DNA of 64,000 nucleotides from Microbotryum violaceum (Eukaryota): NCBI GenBank assembly GCA_001244265.2, contig CDLV01000006.1, positions 2,046,001 to 2,110,000 of the forward strand, read 5' to 3'. Shown piece by piece: positions 22,654 to 33,464 of this stretch (position 1 is its first letter; each line of letters starts with the position of its first letter). The notes under the pieces were generated by a model. It saw only the letters and a program-made list of their open reading frames with translations, ran no database searches and was not told where the DNA came from. The position numbers and the translations under genes were made by a program.

Positions 22654-25600
22654 ATGAGTGGCTCGCGTCGCCCGCCACCCCCATCATTCGACTCGTTCCC
22701 CGCAGCCGAGGCTCCCAATGCACCATCGAGCTCACCCGCATCCACTCGACGTGCTAATCCCCCCACAACGGCACCATCGTTCGACTCGTTCCCAGCTCCT
22801 CCAATCCCGACACCGGCCGATACTTTCCTCAGTGGACTTGAACAACAGTTGGATCGATCCAAGCCGACCAAGATTAGCGACAAGCCCGGCCACCGACGGT
22901 CCAAGCACCATGATGGCTCGGATCCTTCAACGAGCGGGAGCCGGGGCAAACAGAGCACGGACAAACGCGACGAACGACACTCGAGTGATCGCAAGCGCAA
23001 GCATGAACGAGGGCATCATGATCGACCTGCCGCCATCAGAGACTCGTCAAACTCTTCTTCGTCTTTCTCATCATCTTCCTCGTCGAGAAAGGCCACGGCG
23101 AAAGCGGATCAGTCGGAGCTCGGTAGTTCCGATCAGTTCCAATTGACTGAGCATGGGTATGGTCACAAGGTACGTCGGAACGAGTAGCAACGCCTCATCT
23201 ACAGTTTCAACAGATCAACTGAAACATGGGCCTCTCACCGCAGCAACGTAAACCTTACCAGCTCGTCCAGGCGACCTTGGCAGACGAGAACGCAAAGACT
23301 GCTCCTAAGGTATCCTCCTCGGTGTCCGACGACCCGGACAACCCTCCCTACTACTCGTCGAGGACGGGAGATGAGCTCAACACCAAATACGGCTCTTTAC
23401 ATCGAAGCGCTGTCCCCCGTTATCGACGCTTGGGAGGTGAGCCGAGCTACTCTTTACCCGCTCCAATCGACCGCGCGAGGCTGACCGGGACATCTTTGGT
23501 CTCAGCGGGTCGAGTCGTTGGACTCAATGAGGGATTGAGAATCACGAGTGATACGGCTTATACGGGTAGAGGTGTCGAGATTGGACCTATGAGGCGGTTC
23601 AGAGTGGGTGTTCACCAAGGCCTTCTCTCGACCACATCCCTAAACTAAGGCGATTTACGGTCCCTTCTCAGACCCCACGCTACAGTGACTCGCGCTCAGC
23701 TCAACATATGCTAGATAAGGACCTCCGCCGCATATCGCTCGCAGCCAAGTCTACCCCGAGGGGCCAACCTCGTCGAGATCCTTTCGCAGAGCGGGAGAAC
23801 TTCGTCGCGTTCGACAAGGAGCACCCGTTCGAAGAGCTCATGCGAGGGCTCGAGCACGAGGAAGGAACAGATTACCGATACGTTGGTGGGCAGATTAAAC
23901 CCTCGGACCTGTCCACAGCCGCAGCGAGTCAAAATACGGACGCGGCGGTGGGTGAGAACGAGTTTGATCAACTCGGTGTCACGGGAGGTGAATCCGAGTC
24001 GCAATACCTATCGAGACGCAACATCGAGTTCGACAGGGCGCTGAGGGATAATCCGAAGAATGTCGAGCTGTGGCTCGAGTTCGTCGAGTGGCAGAATCAA
24101 GTCGCTTTATCAGCTTCGGGGGAGAACCGGGGGCGGACGATTTTGAACCGCGTCGAAAGAAGGGGTGCAGCTCAAGTCAAGTTGGTGATCGTAGAGCGGG
24201 CGCTCAAGGCGGATCCTGCAAACGTCGAAGACGAGAGATTGGTATTGAAGCTTTTGCAGTTGGCGGAGGAGGTTGAGGATACCCCGACGGTGACCAAGAG
24301 GTGGAAGAAAGTCTTGGAGGAACATGCGAAGATGACTAGCTTGTGGGTTCGATACGTTGGATGGAGGCAAACCGATGGGACGAGTTTCGAGGTTGAGTCC
24401 GTCGTTGAAGCTTTTGTCGAATGCTTCGAGACGTTACAGAGAAGGGCCGATCTGGCCACGGAATTGCAAGAGAGTGAGTACAGTTGAGTAACGGTGTATT
24501 AACGAATTGATTAACTTGGTGCTGACTTGATGTTGGGTCTGATCCGGCAGGGGACATGATTGATGCGAACATGGTGTATCTCTTCCTTCGTCTTTGCTTG
24601 ATGCTCAGACAAGCTGGTTCGCTTGATTCCACCTCCTCGCCTCCTCGCCTTCCCACTGACAGTGTGATTCGTCGCGCCCGCAGGCTACATTGAACGAGCG
24701 CTGGCTTCTTTCCAAGCAATTGTGGAGCTCAACCTTTTCCGACCTGTCGAATTCCAGTCGAGGGCGGGAGATGAAAATGTGCACGGCTGGCGATCTCGAA
24801 CACTGGCCGCTCTCAATTCATTCTGGGATGACGAGCCCCCACGAGTCGGTGAAAATGGAGCGGTAGGATGGTGCAACACTGCGGTTGGCGCAGACGCTCC
24901 CGATTCCCAACCCGATCAACGAATCTCCCCATCCACCGATGAAGACTCGTCTAGTCTAGATCGCTGGGCCCGCTCGGAACGTCTTGCGAGCATGGCCAAC
25001 CCCCGTCCTGCTCGATTGACGGACGAAAGCGTCGATGAGGACGATGTTGCCCGAGTGCCTCTCTTTGACACCGACATCAAGCCGTTGCTCTTTATCGTTG
25101 ACTCGTCCGACGCGAAGCAGCAGCTCATCTACGCTTTCCTCGCCTTTTTGGGTCTGCCTTTCGTACCCCCCGATGTCCCGACATCGACGCCTTTTGCGAC
25201 TGATGGCTTCATTCATTCGAGGATGGTCGAGCATGAGGATCTCGTCAAGAGTTTCTGGCCCAGCAAACCGGAAACCACTCAAGCGGTGGAGGTCATCGGC
25301 GGCGAGGCGATGGAACCCGAACGCAAGCCTGCACTCGAGAAGCCATGGCATGTTCCTTTCAACGCGATGCCTTGCTCTGTCGAGCTTCTCTTTGCCGCGC
25401 AGCAAGGATGGTTCACGGCGATCAATGAGCGTGATCTCGAAGGAGTAGACTCCGAGCTTGCGAGGAATGCGCTGGCATTGCTCTCTGATTTGTCTTCTGC
25501 GGATGATCCTTTTCTCCACCTCGACGCTTTTGCTTTCGAAGCCTGCCAATTGCCTAATTCCGCTGGCAAACTCGCGAAATCGGTTCTTCGAAGGAAGCGA

Positions 25601-27190
25601 CAGACCTTGGCGCTGTGGGACGGGTACGCCAGGATCGAACGGGCTCGAGGCAAGGTCTCCGATGCTCGTCAAGTCTACGTCACGGCTCTTTCTATGTATC
25701 GCACGTTTCCGAATCACGAGAGGATTGATGGACCACTGTTGTGGAGGTCTTGGGCTGAGATGGAATGGGAGGAAGGAGGGGCTGATCTGGCGCTCAAGAT
25801 ATTGGTCGCTGCGACTGCGGCTGGGGACGGGGAGGATCTTGGTGAGTCAAACGACGCCTCTCACTGAGGGAGTAAGTGGCCTAACTGAAGTGTCAATTTG
25901 TCAGCCACGCTTGCCAAGACAGTCTCCATCAAGAACACGCCCGCACAGAATCTACGAGCACGACAGTTTTACACGACTGAGCTCGAGGCTTCGTTCCAGC
26001 CATCCGCCCCTCAGCGCCTCGTCCGCAATCGCAACCATCTGGCTTTTTCGCTCGCCCTCTTCGATTATCTGTCCCATGGCGATCTCACATCTTTCACGAC
26101 TGAGATATTCGAGCAACATCTCTCTCGACTTGAAAACACGGGAGCCAAGGGATCATGCGAGCATGAGGAGGCGTATCAGGCCTACGTCAAGCTGTTGTAC
26201 CGGCATGCCGAGAAGGGCAAGCGAGGACATCGACCTGCGCAGCTGAGGGAGGTCTTGGAGCGAGCGATCGCCGAGTTTCGCAACAATTCCATGTTCCTCA
26301 GTGTGTACTACCATAACGAGCGTGAGTATTTGCACGATCCTTGTGGTCTGAGAACGTACTAACTCATACCTACACATTCTCCCTAGTTCGCACCAAGATT
26401 CAGAACCGCGTGCGACGGACGATGGAGGATCTTGTCCTCACGAAGAAGCCGACGAGCCAAGGCTACCTCTTTGCCATTTTCGCCGAGTCGCATCTCGATT
26501 TCCGCTCGACGAACGTGTGGGGTGTGCGCAACCTGTTTGAGCGGGCAGTAGAGGATCCAAGGTAAGAATGGCCCAGTTCACCCGAGCGGCTCGGCACTGG
26601 CCCTTTGCTCATTCGGAAGTCATGGCCATTTCTTACAGAACTCGCTCATGCCCTTCGATTTGGGCTCTTTACATCGACTTTGAGCTACGGAATGAAGAGT
26701 TTGCGCGGGTCAAGACGCAACTGTACCGAGCTATTGAGGCGTGTCCTTGGTGTCGAGGTCAGTCCAACGAAGGGAAGTGGGCCCAAGTCATGATCAGTCT
26801 TACGGACTTCACAGTCTTCTGCAGATCTGTACCTGATCGCTTTCCGACCCGAGTTGAAGAACGTATTCTCCGATCAAGACCTGCGACAACAATGGCATGA
26901 AGCCATGCTGCGGAGAGGATTGAGAGGTATGTTGTGCTCCAGCCTGCGAGAAATTGTCAACGCGCCGAGCTGACAGTCTATTCTTCCCCGTGATAGTGCG
27001 CTACGCTCTCCCGCCTCCCCCTGCCCTTGCCGAGTCCGATTCGGACGAGCACGCAGAAGACGAATTCTTCCATATCCCGTTGCCTTACATCGATGCGACT
27101 AAACACCGGCTCAAGAAGGAAGAAGGGGAGAGGCCGATGGACGATGTGGAAACGATCTTCCGGGAACGGGAGGCGCTGAAACCTTATTAA
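22654..27190 (+). CDS. NRDE2: NRDE-2/Nrl1 nuclear RNAi/splicing-associated HAT-repeat protein
   Basis: YGSLHRSAVPRYRR, LRDNPKNVELWLEFVEWQ, QAGYIERALASFQAIVELNLF, FWDDEPPRVGENGAVGW, LWDGYARIE, YRAIEACPWC; multi-exon. Confidence 0.88.
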
Positions 27191-27299
27191 GCAGCGAGGA
27201 CGGTGGAATGCCCTAGCAAAACTAGTATCTGTCATTTGCTTTTATGGCTATAACACTGTTGTAGCATGGCTTTACAATGACTCTTGCGTACAACAGCTT

Positions 27300-27453
27300 G
27301 GAATTGTCAGAGCTGTTGACTACTGTCAGAGACTGTCAGGAGTGTCCAGGAGTGTCCTGGAGAGTCAATTTGTCGTGGAGTGTCACGTCCTAAGTTGAGT
27401 GTCGTGGTCTGTCCTGTGGTCTGTCGTGGTAGGTCGTGCCAGTGTCGTGCCAG
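27300..27453. repeat. Degenerate ~10-bp tandem repeats (GTGTCGTG/GAGTGTCC/CTGTCAG)
   Basis: Visible low-complexity array immediately outside the left edge of the TE nest. Confidence 0.55.
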
Positions 27454-27499
27454 TAGGACCCCAGAAAGCCCAGCCGGAGGCGCTTTTTTTTTTTTGACA

Positions 27500-30065
27500 C
27501 CAGTGGGAACCCGTTAAATTAACGGGAGGATGGAATTCGAAGAATAGCAGGATAATCGAACAGTCTACATGATTTCAGCGCAGAGGTTAAGAAAACACAA
27601 TACGAAGTACAGCAAAGAAACAAAATCCATTCATCACCGGAACAGCCTGGCCGTTGCTTGTTGCCGGACTTGGCTTTGAGCACTCGTGCAATGAGATCCG
27701 GACGGTTGTATGCTTTGTCGTTCGGCCCCAGTGCAGCCTTGATTTCGGCCATTCGGGGTTGCACGTCACCGTGATGAACAGCGAAGGCTTCCCATATTTG
27801 ACGACACACGCCATCGCATCTTGGTAACGTTGCGTGACCTCCCGCGGGCTATTCTTGAACGTCGACCCCAATATCACCGAACGTCCAATCTGATCCGGGG
27901 TCAAACCGTTGGCAACGGCGTCGGTGATGCCCTGCGCCGTGGTGAGGCGCAGGTTCTCTTGATAAAGCAGATATAGTTAAGTCGATCGGTCTCGAGTTGG
28001 GAGTATCCGTCAATGACAAACTCGAGGAAGAGACGCTGTGTGGTATGTGGGATTGAGAAGTAGTCGCCGTGTTCGTGCAAGTAGTATGCAAGATATTCCT
28101 CGTTTCCTTGATGATCGTCCTAGATGTTCGAACATTCTATGTGAGTCTGTGCTTGCGCCTTCGGCAGAATGGAACATCAGAGAAAGAGCCGAAGACGCGT
28201 ACGTTCGCCATCACCATCCTCTTCGTCCCCTTCCTCGCCGTCTTCATCCTCATTGTCGCGGTCTTCGTCCTCCTGTTCGTCTTCGTCATCCAGACCGAGA
28301 CCGGCAAGTACCTCGCGCAATTGGACACCATTGTCGATCTGCTCTCAGTTTCTGGCGTTTGGCGGCCTGGCTTGGTGGAACCCCGCAAAGAGGAATGTTG
28401 AGGTGGGAGCTATCTTCCTCTGCGGGGAAGAGTAGTGGGTAACGGAGAGGCATCGCAGACGGATGGAGCGAGCTAACGATTTGGTACTTGGGCCGACCAT
28501 CGGGACATCGATCACCGTGCACCTGGAGAATAAGGTCTTGCGGTCCACGATCTCCCGTGTTGGTGTCGGAATCGCAGATAAGCATCGCCATTTCCGTGCT
28601 CGACGTAGGAAGGTTGTGGGTGCGTCGGTCTCGGCCTGGTGGTAGGCAGAGGCGCAGGACCCACTCTTTGGCCGTATCCCAACCCGCGCGGGCTTTGGCC
28701 GATGCGAACTCCCTCACAAAGCGATTGCCGGTGCGCAACATGGACTCGAGCTTGGTCAGCGTTGATCTTTGAATGCGAGTCTCTGCGCTGTCGGGTCCTT
28801 GAAGTCGTGTGTCGGTGGCCTCGGCCGGGTCGATCAGCCATGTCTGGGCAAAGGCTGGGCGTTGATTCACGGCAGGGATCAGGGCACCGAGTCGATGATA
28901 GAGGCGGCCGAACACGCGAAACACGGGAGGTCCTAGAGTGCCCACTTGGGTTTGGTCCCAGCAGTAGGCAGCGAGCGAAGTAAAGGACAACGCGTTATTG
29001 TAAGACCGGGCATTCTCGCGGAATGCTTTAGAGTCTGTGTAGGTGCATCACACAGTTCAGCATGTGGGCCATACTGCAGAGAGATGTTGTTGGACGGAGC
29101 AACTGACCGCTATCCGAGCCTTGAAGAAGCTGCCGATACTCGAGATTGGGCTGGGGAGGGGGAGGTAGCTGCACCTTGCCCTGCGAAAACGTGGGGCTTG
29201 AGGGGTTTGAGCGCGATTCGAGCCCGGCGCACTCGCCTTTGCGGAGGTGGTGGTGGGGCGAGCCCAGCGTCGAGTTGGCCATCGCGCTGACGACGCTGTC
29301 CGTTCTGCACAGCTGCACGGCGGGCTCGTATACGTGTCGCAATGCCAAGATCGGTTGCATTGTTGTCATGACGCGCGGGGGCTGATTCTGTTGATCGGAG
29401 CGGGACGAAGAGGAGGGTCGAGCCGCGGGGCGCCCAGCAGCGGGCGCTCGAGCAGGCCCATGGTAGCCCATGGTACGGCGCTACCCTCGCGCCCAAGACT
29501 TGGCGAGGCTGCGATGGCCCTCCCTGAGTCCCTGGCGACCTTGGGACCGGGACATAGCAGCGAGGGTTTGTTCTTGAATGAGTGTCACTAAAATTGGATG
29601 AGAGTGAGAGGGAGAAAGGAAAGGTTCGAGGGAGCGGCGCAGGATTATTTACGTGGTTTGATATGTTGTTCAGCCCCTAATGCCGCTGGTCGACTGCCGG
29701 AATGACACTGACACCGCCGACGCACCGCATCACGTGACAAACGCCAGCCCTCGCCTCGCGCGTCAGGCAGAGCTCTGCTGTAGAAGCAATATCATGCAAA
29801 GCCACGCGCTTGCGGTTCATTAAATGCAATATGAGTGGAAGCATTGGTTTATGTCAGCGAAGCAAAGAAAGAAAATACTGGGAGCGCTGTAGCTTCGCTG
29901 GAACGGCGCGGAAAATACAAAAGTCACCACAGGGCTTGTACATGACTTCTGATCGGAACTCCGACACCACAGGCAGGTGCGGCAGACACAACAGTATGCT
30001 GGTACATCCACCACAGGCGGCCCTCCAGGCCGCAACCTAGTTAAAAACAGCGATTTTAGGTACAT
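27500..30065 (-). mobile_element. Non-autonomous Helitron, left arm
   Basis: Rep-region fragments SSLHPSAMPLRYPLLFP and GRSVILGSTFKNSPREVTQRYQDAMACVVKYGKPSLFITVTCNPEW. On the minus strand the 3' end is hairpin CCCGTTAA-T-TTAACGGG + TTCCCA + CTGG|T, ending at 27500. Confidence 0.9.
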
Positions 30066-30088
30066 TCCTTAACTCACACTTTTTTTTT

Positions 30089-30127
30089 ACTAGTTAGGGT
30101 AATAGTTAGGGTAACTAGTTAGGGTAA
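30089..30127. repeat. Three tandem (C)TAGTTAGGGTAA units containing TTAGGG
   Basis: ACTAGTTAGGGTAA-TAGTTAGGGTAA-CTAGTTAGGGTAA lies in the 81-bp spacer between the Helitron arms. Confidence 0.9.
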
Positions 30128-30146
30128 AAAGGTCGATCCGCGACCC

Positions 30147-32710
30147 ATGTACCTAAAATCGCTATTTTTGACTATGTTGCGGGCCTCTGGGCCGCCTATA
30201 GTGAATGTACCAGTACAGTATTGGGTCTGCCGCACCTGCCTGTGATATTGGGGTCCCGACCAGAAGTCATGTAGCACCCTTTTCGCATTTTCTGCACCAT
30301 GAAAGTCGAGCTACAGCCCGAGGAATTTTTTTGTTGATTTTTGGCGGGGTGCCCGACTATTGAGGAGTTTATGTGAAATTTAATGTATAGCAAGCGCGTG
30401 TGTTTGCATGACACTTCTTCTACAGAGCTCCGGGGTGGTCTCGCCGTCATTGACGTGCGGGCGCAGGCGCGGCTACGCTGCGCGTCGCCCCGTCGATCAC
30501 GTGACGTATTCTTTCCCTTCCGACACCGGTTTTAGGGACTCAACAACAACATGAGGTTCCAGGCGCTGTGAATACTCCCGCGCTGCTCTCTCTAATTTTC
30601 ACCTTTTCGCTACCACTCTCATCGAATTTTCGTAACAACAGCGCCGAGTCTTTGGCGCGAGGGTAGCGCCGTACGATAGCGTGCCGCGGGCTGCCGCGGG
30701 AATATGGGGAGACCAGGCCCGCTAGGCGCCACGCTCCTCTTCTCTCCTCTTGGTCCGGGTCCGATCAACAGGATCAGCTCCCCGCGCGTAATGACAACAA
30801 TTAACCAACCTTGGTATTGCGAGTATAAGCGTCCGCCATACAGCTTTGTAGAACGGATAGCGTGGTCAACGCGATGGCCCGATGGCCGAACTGACGCTGA
30901 GCTCGCCCCACCACCACCTCTTCCTGCGCAGAGCAAGTGCACAGGCCTCGAACCCCGCTCAAACCACTCAAGCGCCACGTTCCCATCCGCGACTACCTCG
31001 GCCCCAAATGGCCGTGTGCACCCACTGCAAGGCTCGGCACTGGGAGTGCGAAAGGTCGAAGTCGACCAGACACTTCAGCGCGTGCTGCTCGCAGGGCAAG
31101 GTGCGGCTACCTCCCCCTCCCCAGCCCAATCTCGAGTATCGGCAGCTTCTTCAAGGCTCGGATAGCGGTCAGTTGCTCCGTCCAACAACATCTCTCTGCA
31201 GTATGGCCCACATGCTGAACTGTGTGATGCACCTCCACAGACGCTAAAGCATTCCGCGAGAATGCCCGGTCTTACAATAACGCGTTGTCCTTTACTTCGC
31301 TCGCTGCCTACTGCTGGGACCAAACCCAAGTGGGCACTCTAAGACCTCCCGTGTTTCGTGTGTTCGGCCGCCTCTATGATCGACTCGGTGCCCTGATCCC
31401 TGCCGTGAATCAACGCCCAGCCTTTGCCCAGACATGGCTGATCGACCCGGCCGAGGCCACCGACACACGACTTGGACCGGACGGCGCAGACCTTCGCATA
31501 CAACGATCTACTTTGACCAAGCTCGAGTCCTTGTTGCGTACCAAGAATCACTTTGTGAGGGAGTTCGCATCGGCCAAACCTCGCGCAGGTTGGGATACGG
31601 CCAAAGAGTGAATCCTGCGCCTCTGCCTCCCGCCAGGCCGGGACCGACGCACCCACAACCTTCCTACGTCGAGCACGGAAATGGCGGCGATGCGGCGATG
31701 CTCATATGCGATTCCGACACCAACACGGGAGATCGTGGACGTCAAGACCTTATTCTCCAGGTGCACGGTGATCGATGTCCCGAGGGTCGGCCCAAGTACC
31801 AAATCGTTAGCTCGCTCCATCCGTCTGCGATGCCTCTCCGTTACCCACTACTCTTCCCCGCAGAGGAAGATAGCTCCCACCTCAACATTCCTCTTTGCGC
31901 GTTCAACCAAATTGGGCCACTCTTTGCCAAAAGACCGCGACGAGGAGGAAGGGGACGCAGAGAATGGTGATGGTGAACGTAAGCCCTTTCGGCTCTTTCT
32001 CGGATGTTCCATTCTGTTAAGGCGCACGCACAGACTGACATTGAACGTTTGAACACCTAGGACGAAGCTCAAATAAAGGGGAGCGAGGTGACGAGTCTCG
32101 CGTTCACAGTTATTAGCGTACGACTTGCACAAACGCGACCAATACTTCTCAATCCCGCATTGCACCCAACGTGGCTTCCTGGCGTTCGTAATGACGGATA
32201 CTCCCAGGTCGAGACCGATCGACTCAACTTACCTCCAGTTGGATCAAGAAAACCTCCGCCTCACCACGGGCCAAGGCATCATCAGCTTGACCCCGGATCA
32301 AGCTGGATGTTCGGTGATTTTGGGCTCAACGTTCAAGAATAGACCGCGCGAGAACACGCAGCGTTACCAAGATGCGATGGCGTGCGTCGTAAAACATGGA
32401 AAGCCTTCGCTGTTCATCACGGTGACGTGCAACCCCGAATGGCCTGAAATCAAGGCTGCACTGGGGCCGAACGACCAAGCAAGCAATCGACCGGAACTCA
32501 TTGCACGAGCGTTTGAATCCAAGTTGAACCGACTCTGTGACGACAACGTTTTTGGCAACAAGCAACGGGCAGGCTGTTTGTGAATGGAGAACTGTTTCTT
32601 TGCTGTACTTCGTAGTGTGTTTATTCAACCTCTGTTGAAATCATGTACACTGTTCAATCCTCCTGCTATTTGAATTCCACCCTCCCGTTAATTTAACGGG
32701 TTCCCACTGG
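30147..32710 (+). mobile_element. Non-autonomous Helitron, right arm
   Basis: Zn-finger-like CTHCKARHWECE..CCSQGKVRLP, intron 31169-31240, AFRENARSYNNALSFTSL, YQDAMACVVKHGKPSLFITVTCNPEWPEI..RPELIARAF. Hairpin at 32684-32700, then CTGG|T at 32707-32711. Stops and frameshifts; no helicase domain. Confidence 0.92.
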
Positions 32711-32805
32711 TATAGAGGTAGTAATTTTCAGGCACGCACACATAACCGCTCTACTCGCTTGTCACTCTGGGCTCACACAAGGTCGGCTTTTGGGCCCACG
32801 TCGGA

Positions 32806-33432
32806 GGCAACTCTCGTCCCACATCGGAGGCGACTCTGGTTCCACATCGGAGGCGACTTTGGGATCACATCCGAGGTCATTCTTGTACCACGTTCATAGG
32901 GGACTTTGGTACCACATATAGTGTAGACGCCTGTATCTCTTGCAATGTATGATGTATCACTCTGAGAACAGTAGTTTGATGCATGTACAGGTCTATAGTA
33001 CTTCTGGCCGGTGAGAAAAGGCGGACAATGCAGTAGTAGTTGCTACATCGGGCTCTTCCCTGGCCTACTTGGCCGCTCCGGCGCCCGGCCGTGGTGTCAG
33101 CGATCCCGGGACCTAATCCGGACGACTGTCGGACTGCCAACGTCTGGCAGTGACGAGGCAGCAAGCGTTGCACGCAACAAACATCGTAGGGTGGAGCAAA
33201 CCCATTGTTCCCTATGCCTTGTCACTGTAACATCCTTATCACTAACCAGTTCAGTGACGCCATCACATAAACCACACGGGTGAGCTCTAGCTCCATAAGG
33301 CCTGTAACGGTTAGAACCCTCATTAGAAACCGGCAAACTCACGAATGCCGCTAAAACGTATGAGGCGCCGGGAGGGACACGAGAATCGCGCGCGAAAAAA
33401 GAAAAAAAAAAGCAAAGAGAGACAAGAGACAG

Positions 33433-33464
<32 letters not shown>

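Noticed and set aside
30089-30127. True telomere or chromosome end
   Set aside because: Only three interrupted TTAGGG units, internal to continuous sequence.
27500-32710. Assembly-artefact inverted duplication, or an autonomous Helitron
   Set aside because: The arms differ by many substitutions and private indels, unlike an artefact. Rep is truncated and frameshifted and no PIF1 helicase is present.
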